Of a stretch of DNA of 64,000 nucleotides, positions 1 to 8,768 are shown piece after piece. Position 1 is the first letter of the stretch; each line of letters opens with the position of its first letter. Under the pieces are notes generated by a model, which was not told the origin of the DNA, did not search any database, and saw nothing but the letters and a program-made list of their open reading frames with translations. The position numbers and the translations under genes were made by a program. This DNA is from Rhodospirillales bacterium (lineage in GTDB: Bacteria > Pseudomonadota > Alphaproteobacteria > SP197), in contig JACONG010000016.1 in the NCBI GenBank assembly GCA_014323865.1, positions 253,982-317,981 of the forward strand. Reading direction: 5' to 3'.

Positions 1-918
1 CTCTTCGGGCAGCGTGACGAAGACCATGTTCGTCTGGCAGGCATCGGGATCGACCGTGAAGCCGGGCAGCGTCGCCAGCCCCTCGGCAAGGCGCCGTGCG
101 TTGGCGTGGTCGTCGGCCAGCCGCGCCACGTTGTTGTTGAGCGCATGCAGGCCGGCAGCGGCCAGCACGCCGGCCTGGCGCATCGCGCCGCCGAGCAGTT
201 TCCGCTGGCGGCGCGCCCGTGCGATCACGTCGGCCGGCCCAGAAAGAACGGTGCCGCAGGGTGCGCCAAGACCCTTCGAGAGGCAGAGCGAGACCGTGTC
301 GGCGTACTGCGCCAGATCGGACGGGGTGCCGCCGAGCACCGTGACCGCGTTCATCATGCGGGCGCCGTCGAGATGGACCGCAAGGCCATGGCGGCGCGCG
401 ACCGCTGCGGCGTCCGCCAGCCGATGCCCGGCCTGCACCTTGCCGCCCATGGTGTTCTCAAGGCAGAGCAGGCGCGAGATGGGATAGTGCATGTCGTCGG
501 GTTTGATCGCGGCCTCGATGTCGTCGGGTTCAAGCCCGCCGTCCGCACCCGGCGGCAGGGCGCAGTGCACGATGCCACCCAGCGCCGCGCTGCCGCCGGC
601 CTCGGCCGCGAGCACGTGATAGCCCGTCCCGGCGATCAGTTCGTCGCCGCGCCGACAGTGCGACAGCATGGCCGCGAGGTTGCTCTGGGTGCCCGAGGTG
701 CAGAAGACCGCGGCCTCCTTGCCCATCATGCCGGCGACGTGCGCTTCCAGCGCATTGACGCCGGGATCGTCGCCGTAGACGTCGTCGCCGACCTCGGCCT
801 CGGCCATCGCCTGGCGCATTGCGGCGTCGGGCCTGGTGACCGTGTCGCTGCGCAGGTCGATCGTGCCGGCTGTGTTGCGGACCGGTTCGGTGCCGGGGGC
901 GGGATAGGCGTCTGTCAT
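1..918 (-). CDS. ltaE: Low-specificity L-threonine aldolase (PLP-dependent), 3' end (C-terminus) runs off the window
   Basis: Manual translation of the minus strand from ATG at 918 gives MTDAYPAPGTEPVRNTAGTIDLRSDTVTRPD...GDDVYGDDP...FCTSGTQSNLAA, the classic threonine aldolase N-terminus; no stop before position 1. The track does not list it because it is open-ended. The + ORF 106..957 is its antisense shadow. Confidence 0.8.
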   Translation of the reverse strand, partial: MTDAYPAPGTEPVRNTAGTIDLRSDTVTRPDAAMRQAMAEAEVGDDVYGDDPGVNALEAHVAGMMGKEAAVFCTSGTQSNLAAMLSHCRRGDELIAGTGYHVLAAEAGGSAALGGIVHCALPPGADGGLEPDDIEAAIKPDDMHYPISRLLCLENTMGGKVQAGHRLADAAAVARRHGLAVHLDGARMMNAVTVLGGTPSDLAQYADTVSLCLSKGLGAPCGTVLSGPADVIARARRQRKLLGGAMRQAGVLAAAGLHALNNNVARLADDHANARRLAEGLATLPGFTVDPDACQTNMVFVTLPEE

Positions 919-929
919 GGCAGTCTCGG

Positions 930-1658
930 TCAGCCGACCAGGGCGGCCACGATGTGAACCCTCACGTCGCCACCGCCGTTCAGCGCTGTATGGTAGCCGC
1001 GCGTGTCGGTGAAATAGACCGACCCGTCGGCCGGCAGATGGGTGACGTGGTGGTTCACGATGAACAGCGATCCGGGATTGGTGACGATGGGTATGTGGAG
1101 CCTGGGTTCGGGGTCCCGGTGCCAGGAATTGCAGGTGTGGATATCTTTGGCCAGCACACGCATGCGCCCGATCGTGAAGCGTTTGGCGAGCTCGGCGTGC
1201 ACATGCTCGAAGTAGGTGCCGCGGAAGGCCGGCACGAACTCGCTGAACCCGGCTTCGTCCACGATGTCCTCGAACGGCTCCTCGACATAGCGGTCGTCGG
1301 CGCGCATCCAGTAGCGACCCGAAAGATCGTTGGCGCTGACGCTGTCGTCGCCAGGTCGGCGTGTCAGGGGTAGCGCGCGAAAGCTCTCGCCGTGCCAGGT
1401 TTCGATGGCCAGCGCCTCCTCCAGCGCGGTCCTCAGCGCGGCAATGTGGAAACGCAGGTCGAGCCGCTCGATGCCGGGGCCGGGCACGAAGCCGGCGACC
1501 GACTCCGTCCCGGGCGGCGAAGCCATCCGGGTGCGGATCGAAAGGGCATCGGGATCGGTGGCGGGGGCCGTGTCCATGGGTATCTCCGGAACCATCGAAA
1601 CCGGCTCACGGTGCCGAGGTTTTGGCCCCGCCGCAAGACGTGGCGACTGCTGCGACAC
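930..1658 (-). CDS. Aspartyl/asparaginyl beta-hydroxylase family (2OG/Fe(II) oxygenase, LpxO/AspH-like)
   Basis: 242-aa ORF with family-typical C-terminal region ...WHRDPEPRLHIPIVTNPGSLFIVNHHVTHLPADGSVYFTDTRGYHTALNGGGDVRVHIV. Ends 11 bp upstream of the ltaE start on the same strand, so likely co-transcribed. Start may be an internal Met. Confidence 0.7.
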   Translation of the reverse strand: MSQQSPRLAAGPKPRHREPVSMVPEIPMDTAPATDPDALSIRTRMASPPGTESVAGFVPGPGIERLDLRFHIAALRTALEEALAIETWHGESFRALPLTRRPGDDSVSANDLSGRYWMRADDRYVEEPFEDIVDEAGFSEFVPAFRGTYFEHVHAELAKRFTIGRMRVLAKDIHTCNSWHRDPEPRLHIPIVTNPGSLFIVNHHVTHLPADGSVYFTDTRGYHTALNGGGDVRVHIVAALVG

Positions 1659-1702
1659 CCGGAACGGTGGATCGATTGCCGGCGTTGCGGTCCTCCGCCG
1701 CT

Positions 1703-2749
1703 TCAGGCCTCAGCGATGCGTCCGCCCCAGGCCGCCAGATAGTCCGCGATCGTCTGGCGCCTGATGCCGCGGGTGATGAAGACCAGACGGGAACGGCGGT
1801 CGTCGTCGGGCCATGCGGGCAGGCGCACGGGCGTGTTGAAGATGTGCTGCACGCCGTGAAAGACCATGGGCTGCCCGGGCGTGTCGGACAGGTGGACGAT
1901 GCCCTTCACGCGCAACAGGTCGTCACCCTGGTGTCCGGCGAGCAGCTCGAACGCAGTCGTGAAGTGGACCGGGTCCATCGGCTCATCGAGCGTCAGGCAG
2001 AACGCTTCGATGTCCGCACCATGCCTGTTGATGTCGTGGTGGCGATGGCCGTGATCGTGGTCATCCTGTTCGTAGGCTTCGGCCTGGAGCCAGCGGCGCA
2101 CGTCGGTCGACTTCGTCAGCGGGTCGTAGAGCGCCGTGTCGAACAGGCGCTCGCATGAGAAGTCCGCTGCATGACGCTCCAGGATGGGCGCTGCCGGGTT
2201 GAGCCGGCGCAGGGTCGTCCGCAGCGCGTCCAGCTGACGGCGGGAAGCGGGGTTCCTGGCCAGTTCCGTCTTGCTCAGCACGAGCCGGTCGGCCACAGCA
2301 ACCTGCTTCACGCTTTCTGTATGGCGGTTCAGCGTATCGGCACCGTGGACGGTATCGACAACGGTCACCACGCCACCCAGTGCGCAGTCGCCGGCCAGCA
2401 TCGGGTCGGACATCAACGTGTGAATGACCGGCGCCGGATCGGCCAGCCCGGTGGTCTCCACGACGATCCGTTCGAAGGGTGGTACGTCACCGTTGGCGCG
2501 TCGCCGCAGCAGGTCGGCGAGGGTGGCGCGGATGTCGCCGCGGATGGTGCAGCACAGGCAACCCGAGGTCATGGCGACGAGCTGCTCCTCCTCCTTCATG
2601 AGAAGTGCGCCGTCGATCCCGATCTCGCCGAACTCGTTGACGATCACCGCCGTACGGACGAAGCCGGGCTGCTTGAGGATGTGCTGGAGCAGTGTCGACT
2701 TGCCGGCTCCGAGGAAGCCTGTGAGGACAGTGACGGGAACCAGGGACAT
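1703..2749 (-). CDS. COG0523/CobW-family G3E P-loop GTPase (putative zinc metallochaperone, ZigA/YeiR-like)
   Basis: Walker A GFLGAGKSTLL, CxCC motif (CLCC), His-rich stretch DDHDHGHRHHD and CobW C-terminal region. Start taken at MSLVPVTVLTGFLGAGKST (ATG 2749); the longer track ORF from 2812 has an unlikely N-extension that would overlap the promoter motif. Confidence 0.85.
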   Translation of the reverse strand: MSLVPVTVLTGFLGAGKSTLLQHILKQPGFVRTAVIVNEFGEIGIDGALLMKEEEQLVAMTSGCLCCTIRGDIRATLADLLRRRANGDVPPFERIVVETTGLADPAPVIHTLMSDPMLAGDCALGGVVTVVDTVHGADTLNRHTESVKQVAVADRLVLSKTELARNPASRRQLDALRTTLRRLNPAAPILERHAADFSCERLFDTALYDPLTKSTDVRRWLQAEAYEQDDHDHGHRHHDINRHGADIEAFCLTLDEPMDPVHFTTAFELLAGHQGDDLLRVKGIVHLSDTPGQPMVFHGVQHIFNTPVRLPAWPDDDRRSRLVFITRGIRRQTIADYLAAWGGRIAEA

Positions 2750-2774
2750 GGGACTGGGCTCCTTGACGTGATCT

Positions 2775-2792
2775 GGAACATTATAACATGAC
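2775..2792. promoter_or_regulatory. Candidate Zur box (ggAACATTATAACATGac) in the 75-bp divergent intergenic region
   Basis: Contains TTATAACAT, matching the GTTATAAC core/half of proteobacterial Zur operators. It lies 26-40 bp upstream of the COG0523 start and 35 bp upstream of the divergent ORF at 2825. COG0523 genes are classic Zur targets. Confidence 0.35.
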
Positions 2793-2824
2793 GACGTGTC
2801 CGTTGATCCCATTCAGGAGCGCCA

Positions 2825-3496
2825 ATGTTGCTGCATAACAGAATCGAGCTGTCGAGCACCACGACGGATGACGCTGGGGCGTTCGTTCCCGCGGACTCGC
2901 CCGACGTACTCAACGACATCGTCGACGACACGATCGACCTCGCGCTCTGGCACCGTCCAGTGCCGCCCGAACTCGACGCGTGGATCCGGGCTCTGCCGGC
3001 CGGACAGCTTCCGGTAACCCATGAGGTGGTGGCACCGAACGAGGTCGCCGCACGCGTCCGAGCCGCCTGCCGGGAGGCCGGCCATGATGGTGACGATCCG
3101 GTCCGAATGCTGGCGCAGGATATCGCCGGTCTGGCGGGTCGGTTCTGCCGCGTGGCCGGCCTCGCAGAGGTCGATCTGCGGCTCGCAGCCATTCATCATG
3201 ACGCCTGCAAGCGTTTCCATCGCGACCGCATGCCCCTTCGGCTGATCGCGACCTATCGTGGGCCCGGCACAGAACTGGTGCCACAGGACCATGCGGCGGA
3301 CGCTCTGAACCGGCAGGCCGACTACGATGGCCCGCTGCACGTCGTGGAGCATGGAACCGTCGCCCTGTTTCGAGGATCGGCGGCCGGGGACGTCGGCGTG
3401 GTCCATCGCTCGCCGCCGATCACCGGGATGGGGATTTCGCGCCTGCTGCTCTGCCTCTCCACGCCCTTCCAGAGCATCTTCACCGGTTCAGATTGA
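2825..3496 (+). CDS. Conserved hypothetical protein, DUF1826-like (family commonly adjacent to COG0523 GTPases; assignment tentative)
   Basis: 223-aa ORF with high GC3, divergent from the COG0523 gene. Its last codons (IFTGSD*) and stop codon lie inside repeat element A. Confidence 0.55.
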   Translation: MLLHNRIELSSTTTDDAGAFVPADSPDVLNDIVDDTIDLALWHRPVPPELDAWIRALPAGQLPVTHEVVAPNEVAARVRAACREAGHDGDDPVRMLAQDIAGLAGRFCRVAGLAEVDLRLAAIHHDACKRFHRDRMPLRLIATYRGPGTELVPQDHAADALNRQADYDGPLHVVEHGTVALFRGSAAGDVGVVHRSPPITGMGISRLLLCLSTPFQSIFTGSD

Positions 3497-3598
3497 ATCA
3501 ATCTCAACGGGTGAAGATGCTTTGAGTCTTTAGATGCAGAGCGGATTCACGCACTTGGTTGGAACCGCAGGCAGTTCCAACCAAGTACGATCCGCTCT
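3483..3598. repeat. Mosaic palindromic repeat, copy A (full length, with extra nested hairpin)
   Basis: CCGGTTCAGATTGAATCAATCTCAACGGGTGAAGATGCTTTGAGTCTTTAGATGCAGAGCGGAT...ATCCGCTCT. Left module is a palindrome around GATTGAaTCAATC. Right module GAGCGGAT/ATCCGCTC encloses a 12-bp stem CTTGGTTGGAAC/GTTCCAACCAAG. Near-identical copy at 31518-31604. Confidence 0.6.
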
Positions 3599-3715
3599 AG
3601 TCAGGGCGCCGGTCTCGCTGCGGGGCGCGGCGTGATCGCAAGGGCGTGCGTTTGCCTTTGACGGCGCGCACGGCGGGTCTACCCTGCGCGTCAGACACAC
3701 CGCGAGAACAAGAGA

Positions 3716-5974
3716 ATGTCCGATCAGGTCAGGGTGAGCGACGCCGAAGCCTTGCGTTTCCATGCGGAGGGGCGGCCCGGCAAGCTCGCCATCGCGCCCA
3801 CCAAGCCGCTCGACACGGCACGCGATCTTTCGCTCGCCTATTCGCCGGGCGTTGCGGCTCCATGCCTGGAGATCCATCGCGATCCCGGCCTTGTCTTCAA
3901 CTACACCTCGCGCGGCAACATCGTTGCCATCGTCTCCAATGGCACGGCGGTGCTGGGCCTGGGCAACCTGGGTGCGCTCGGCGCCAAGCCGGTCATGGAA
4001 GGCAAGGCGGTGCTCTTCAAGCGCTTCGCCGACATCGACGGCATCGACATCGAGATCGACAGCGAGGACGTCGACGAGATCGTCCAGACCGTTCGCCTGA
4101 TCAGCCCGACATTCGGCGGCGTGAACCTCGAGGACATCAAGGCACCGGAGTGTTTCATCATCGAGCAGCGCCTGCGCGAGCTGGTCGACATCCCGATCTT
4201 CCATGACGATCAGCACGGCACGGCCATCATCTGCCTTGCCGGCGTGATCAACGCACTCGGGATCGCCGGCAAGGATCTCCGCGACTGCAAGGTGGTCTGC
4301 AACGGTGCCGGCGCTGCGGGCATCGCCTGCCTGGAGCTCATCAAGGCGCGCGGTCTGCCGCACGACAACGCGGTGCTCTGCGACTCCAGGGGCGTCGTCT
4401 ATCAGGGCCGCGAGACCGGCATGAACCAGTGGAAGTCGGCCCATGCGATCGAGACCGACGCCCGGACGCTGGAAGATGCCATGGTCGATTGCGACATCTT
4501 TCTCGGCGTCTCGGTCAAGGATGCGGTGACCCGGGAGATGGTCGCCTCGATGGCCGATAATCCGATCATCTTCGCCATGGCGAACCCGGACCCGGAGATC
4601 ACGCCCGAGGATGCGATAGCGGTGCGCGACGATGCGATTGTCGCCACCGGCCGGTCCGACTATCCGAACCAGGTCAACAACGTCCTGGGCTTCCCCTACA
4701 TCTTCCGTGGCGCGCTCGACGTCCGGGCGACGACGATCAACGACGCCATGAAAATTGCCGCGGCCGAAGCCATCGCCGCGCTCGCCCGCGAGGACGTGCC
4801 CGACGAGGTCGCCTCGGCCTACACAGCCGGTTTTCTGCGCTTCGGTCCCGACTACATCATCCCCAAGCCGTTCGATCCCCGGCTGATCAGCCGGGTGCCC
4901 CCGGCAGTTGCCAGGGCTGCCATGGACACGGGCGTCGCCCGCCGGCCGATCGGCGACATGGAGGACTACCGCGCCCAGCTCTCAGGCCGGCTGTCGCCGG
5001 TCGCCGGCCGCATGTACGACGTGTTCGAGAGCGCCCGCGCCAGGCAGGCCCGTATCGTCTTCGCCGAGGGCGAGGAAGAGAAGACCATCCGCGCCGCGGC
5101 CCTGTGGCGCGACCAGGGTCTCGGTCATCCCGTTCTGGTCGGCCGCGAAGCGCCGATCCTCGAGCGCATGGAGGCGCTCGGCGTGAGCCGGGACGGAATC
5201 GGGATTGCCAACGCCGCCGAGGTCGACGACCGCAACCGCTATGTCGAGCTTGTCTACGCCAAGATGCAGCGTCGCGGCGCGCTGGTGCGCGATTGCCAGC
5301 GCTGGATCAGCCTGGACCGCAACATCTTCGCTGCCGCCATGCTGGCAGCCGGCGATGCCGATGCCATGGTCACAGGCGTCACGCGCTCCTATGCCGGTGC
5401 GCTGTCGAACGTCCGGCGCGTGCTGAACCCTCGTGACGGCCACATCGTCTTCGGCATGACGATGCTGGTGACCGGGAGCCACACGCTGTTCGTGGCCGAT
5501 TCGACGATCAACGAGGCACCGGACGCCGGGGAGATTGCCGACATCGCCGTGCAGGCCGCCCACAAGGTGCGCTCCTTCGGACTGGAACCGCGCGTCGCCC
5601 TGATGTCGTTCTCGAACTTCGGCGGCCGCGGCGCCCGGCAGACGGCGCATCTTCGCGGCGCGCTCGACATCCTTTGGACACGCGGTGTCGACTTCGAGGT
5701 CGACGGCGAGATGGCACCTGACACGGCGCTCGACCCCGAGTTCCTGCAATACTATCCGTTCACCCGACTGAGCGGCACGGCGAATGTCCTGATCATGCCC
5801 AACCTCCATGCCGCCAACATCTCCTACAAGCTGGTCGAGGCGATGGAGGGCGCGCACGTCATCGGGCCGATCCTGCTGGGGCTTGAGAAGCCGGTCCAGA
5901 TCGTCCGGCTCGGTGCCACCGTGAACGATCTCCTCAACATGGCTGCGCTCGCCGCCATCGACCTTCCGGACTGA
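3716..5974 (+). CDS. maeB: NADP-dependent malic enzyme with C-terminal phosphotransacetylase-like domain
   Basis: 752 aa; N-terminal malic enzyme region (…LSLAYSPGVAAPCLEI…) plus PTA-like C-terminal domain; RBS aagaga before ATG 3716. Confidence 0.9.
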   Translation: MSDQVRVSDAEALRFHAEGRPGKLAIAPTKPLDTARDLSLAYSPGVAAPCLEIHRDPGLVFNYTSRGNIVAIVSNGTAVLGLGNLGALGAKPVMEGKAVLFKRFADIDGIDIEIDSEDVDEIVQTVRLISPTFGGVNLEDIKAPECFIIEQRLRELVDIPIFHDDQHGTAIICLAGVINALGIAGKDLRDCKVVCNGAGAAGIACLELIKARGLPHDNAVLCDSRGVVYQGRETGMNQWKSAHAIETDARTLEDAMVDCDIFLGVSVKDAVTREMVASMADNPIIFAMANPDPEITPEDAIAVRDDAIVATGRSDYPNQVNNVLGFPYIFRGALDVRATTINDAMKIAAAEAIAALAREDVPDEVASAYTAGFLRFGPDYIIPKPFDPRLISRVPPAVARAAMDTGVARRPIGDMEDYRAQLSGRLSPVAGRMYDVFESARARQARIVFAEGEEEKTIRAAALWRDQGLGHPVLVGREAPILERMEALGVSRDGIGIANAAEVDDRNRYVELVYAKMQRRGALVRDCQRWISLDRNIFAAAMLAAGDADAMVTGVTRSYAGALSNVRRVLNPRDGHIVFGMTMLVTGSHTLFVADSTINEAPDAGEIADIAVQAAHKVRSFGLEPRVALMSFSNFGGRGARQTAHLRGALDILWTRGVDFEVDGEMAPDTALDPEFLQYYPFTRLSGTANVLIMPNLHAANISYKLVEAMEGAHVIGPILLGLEKPVQIVRLGATVNDLLNMAALAAIDLPD

Positions 5975-5976
5975 CC

Positions 5977-7404
5977 GTGGCGCAGGCCGACGGTCTCGGC
6001 GGGGGCGTTACCGCGCGCAGGGCGGTCAATCGGATCGGCCTGCGGCTTGCGCTTCCTCTGGTCGGCGCGGAGGCCGGCGTCTTTGTCATCATGACTGCGC
6101 TCGGCTGGATCGCGCCTGCGGTCGCGCTGGGCGGGATCGCAGTGATGGCGGCCTCGACATCGGTGCTCCTCTATCCCCTCGCCCGGAACCTGCAGGATCT
6201 CGGGCGCTGGCTGATGGATCACGAGGCCAGCAACACGCCGGAACCGCCGTCCTTCATGCCCGGTCCGGCGAGCCACGCGCTCGGTGTCCTGGCGTCGGGC
6301 ACCCACGACATCATGCGGGTTCGCGACGAGCGGATCGATCATCTGACGGCCGAGACCGGCCGGATGCTCGATACCTTGCCCGATCCGCTGCTGCTGATGG
6401 CGCGCGACCGGCGGATCGTGCGTCTCAACCGCGCGGCGCGGAGCCTGTTCGGCGAACGTGCGATCGGACGGGATCTCTCCCGGGTGTTGCGCGATCCGGC
6501 GCTCGATGGCGCGGTCGATCGGGTGCTCGGGGGCGATGCCGGGTCGAGCATCGAGGTCACGTTGCAGGCCGGCCGGGTCGAGCGTCTCTTCGCCGTCGAT
6601 GTCGCGCCGCTTCCCGTCGGCGCCAACGGCGGCCCGGCGGTCATGGCCATGTTCCACGACATCACCGCGATCCGACGCACCGAGCAGATGCGCGTCGACT
6701 TCGTGGCCAATGCCAGCCACGAGATCCGTTCGCCGCTCGCCACGCTGATCGGCTGCATCGAGACCCTGCGCGGGCCGGCCCGCGAGGACGCGGAGGCGAC
6801 CGAGCGGTTTCTCGAGATGATGGACGACCAGGGCCGGCGCATGGCGCGGCTGGTCGGCGACCTGCTCACGCTGTCGCGCATCGAGCTCAAGGAGCACACC
6901 CGGCCGACCGGTCATGTCGATCTCGCCGGCCTGCTCGAACGCCTGCAGACCTCGCTCCAGTTCGATGCCGACGAGAAGGACATGGCAGTGATTCTGAACG
7001 TCGAGACCGGTCTGCCCGACATCCGGGGCGACGAGGGGGAACTCGAGCAGGTGATCTACAATCTGGTCTCGAACGCGATCAAATACGGGCGCCGGGGAAC
7101 CGATGTCGAGGTCACGGCCGGCCGGCCGACGCGTCTGCCCGATGACCTGCGCATCGCGCGCGGCCCCCTGGTGCGGGTCGCCGTGCGCGATCGCGGCGAT
7201 GGCATCGAGACCCACCACATCCCGCGCCTGACCGAACGGTTCTATCGTATCGATACGGCACGCAGCCGCGAGATGGGCGGCACGGGTCTCGGTCTTGCGA
7301 TCGTCAAGCATGTGCTCAATCGCCACCGCGGCGCGCTCCATATCGAAAGCCGGGTCAGCGAGGGATCGACCTTTACCGTCTGGCTGCCGGGCCGGGCGGA
7401 CTGA
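5977..7404 (+). CDS. phoR: Phosphate regulon sensor histidine kinase
   Basis: H-box HEIRSPLATLIGCIETL, HATPase motifs (GGTGLGLAIVKHV…), PAS region; sits immediately upstream of pstSCAB-phoU-phoB. GTG start at 5977. Confidence 0.85.
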   Translation: MAQADGLGGGVTARRAVNRIGLRLALPLVGAEAGVFVIMTALGWIAPAVALGGIAVMAASTSVLLYPLARNLQDLGRWLMDHEASNTPEPPSFMPGPASHALGVLASGTHDIMRVRDERIDHLTAETGRMLDTLPDPLLLMARDRRIVRLNRAARSLFGERAIGRDLSRVLRDPALDGAVDRVLGGDAGSSIEVTLQAGRVERLFAVDVAPLPVGANGGPAVMAMFHDITAIRRTEQMRVDFVANASHEIRSPLATLIGCIETLRGPAREDAEATERFLEMMDDQGRRMARLVGDLLTLSRIELKEHTRPTGHVDLAGLLERLQTSLQFDADEKDMAVILNVETGLPDIRGDEGELEQVIYNLVSNAIKYGRRGTDVEVTAGRPTRLPDDLRIARGPLVRVAVRDRGDGIETHHIPRLTERFYRIDTARSREMGGTGLGLAIVKHVLNRHRGALHIESRVSEGSTFTVWLPGRAD

Positions 7405-7485
7405 TCGAGAGCGCCCGGATTCGTCTGGACATCCGGACTCCGCAGATTTCCCCGCCTTTTGATCATCCCCAGCGGTTTCAAGGCC

Positions 7486-7517
7486 AGTCATCCACAAGGC
7501 AGTCATCCAACTGTCAC
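7486..7517 (+). promoter_or_regulatory. Candidate PhoB binding site (Pho box direct repeats) upstream of pstS
   Basis: AGTCATCCAcaaggcAGTCATccaaCTGTCACatt. The last two units (aGTCAT-N4-CTGTCAC) have the 11-bp periodicity of the CTGTCAT-N4-CTGTCAT Pho box; a third upstream repeat is present. About 100-130 bp before the pstS ATG. Confidence 0.45.
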
Positions 7518-7618
7518 ATTCGCGCAGTAATGCGTTGAAATGGCGTTCGCAGGTTGCGTGCGCAATCGTGTCGGACAGTCCGGCGCGCATTCGGATCCCA
7601 ATCTTGCCTGGAGGGGAC

Positions 7619-8668
7619 ATGAAGTTTGAACTCAGGAGCCTGGCGCTTGCCGGTGTCGCCGCGGTCGCTCTGACCGGCACCGCCGCCGCCCAGGACACGC
7701 GCGACACGATCCGCATCGTCGGCTCGTCGACCGTGTTTCCGTTTTCGACCGCCGTGGCCGAGCAGTTCGGCCAGACCAGCGACTTCCCGACGCCTGTCGT
7801 TGAGTCGACCGGTTCGGGCGGTGGCCTGAAGCTGTTCTGCGCCGGCGTCGGCGTCGAGCATCCCGACATGACGAACGCCTCGCGCCGCATCAAGCAGAGC
7901 GAGATCGACCGCTGCGCCGGGAACGGCGTCACCGGGATCACCGAGGTGAAGGTCGGCTTCGACGGCATCGTGCTGGGCAACTCGCGCCGGTCGGACCGGA
8001 TGAACATCGACATTCCGAGCCTGTGGCTGGCGCTCGCCGCCGGGGTTCCCGATGAGAACGGCAACATCGTCGGGAACCCCTACATCATGTGGAACGAGAT
8101 CGATCCGCAGCTGCCCGCCGCCGCGATCCGCGTCATGGGCCCGCCGCCGACCTCCGGTACGCGCGACGCCTTCGTCGAGCTGGTCATGGAGGAGGGCTGC
8201 AAGCACTTCGATGCCGTGACCGCCATCGAGGAGTCCGATGAGGACCGCTACGAGGCGATCTGTGCTTCGATCCGTGAAGACGGTGCCTTCGTCGAGGCCG
8301 GTGAGAACGACAACCTGATCGTTCAGAAGCTCGAAGCCGACCCGGATGCCTTCGGCATCTTCGGCTTCTCGTTCCTCGACCAGAACAGGGACAGGATCCA
8401 GGGTTCGATGATAGCCGGTGTTGCGCCGACCTTCGACAACATCGCTGCCGGTGACTATCCGGTTTCGCGCTCGCTCTACTTCTATGTCAAGAACGCTCAC
8501 ATCGGTGCCGTTCCGGGCATCCGGGAGTACGTGACCGCGTTCACCAGCGAGGACGCCTGGGGTCCGTTCGGCTACCTCGCCGACAAGGGCCTGATCCCGC
8601 TGCCTGATGCGGATCGTGCCGCGATGGCCGAATCGGCCCGGAGCGCCATGCCTCTCGCAGGCCTGTGA
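7619..8668 (+). CDS. pstS: Phosphate ABC transporter substrate-binding protein
   Basis: Signal peptide MKFELRSLALAGVAAVALTGTAAAQ followed by PstS-family region (IVGSSTVFPF…); RBS ggaggggac before ATG 7619. Confidence 0.9.
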   Translation: MKFELRSLALAGVAAVALTGTAAAQDTRDTIRIVGSSTVFPFSTAVAEQFGQTSDFPTPVVESTGSGGGLKLFCAGVGVEHPDMTNASRRIKQSEIDRCAGNGVTGITEVKVGFDGIVLGNSRRSDRMNIDIPSLWLALAAGVPDENGNIVGNPYIMWNEIDPQLPAAAIRVMGPPPTSGTRDAFVELVMEEGCKHFDAVTAIEESDEDRYEAICASIREDGAFVEAGENDNLIVQKLEADPDAFGIFGFSFLDQNRDRIQGSMIAGVAPTFDNIAAGDYPVSRSLYFYVKNAHIGAVPGIREYVTAFTSEDAWGPFGYLADKGLIPLPDADRAAMAESARSAMPLAGL

Positions 8669-8768
8669 TCGTTACCCCGTCGGGGCCCGGCCGAAAGCGG
8701 CCGGGCCCCGACAGCTTTGCGGGCCGGCGTCGCCGTCCCGCCCCGGCCAACAACATCCCGGTGTCCCC

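Noticed and set aside
106-957. 283-aa + strand ORF at the window start
   Set aside because: R/A/G-rich low-complexity translation. It is exactly antisense to a clean threonine aldolase coding sequence on the minus strand, which is open at the window edge and therefore missing from the track.
5824-8067. Long antisense ORFs (747 aa here; also 17985..20750, 21905..23983, 28313..29854, 32817..35093, 40479..42509, 45885..47540, 3530..4444, 9000..10154, 10105..11136)
   Set aside because: Each lies opposite a well-supported gene (phoR/pstS, soxA, ABC exporter, asnB-like, cysI, lptB/rpoN, ptsI, maeB, pstC, pstA). Their translations are Arg/Ala/Gly/Asp-rich without motifs. These are typical shadow ORFs of a roughly 66% GC genome.
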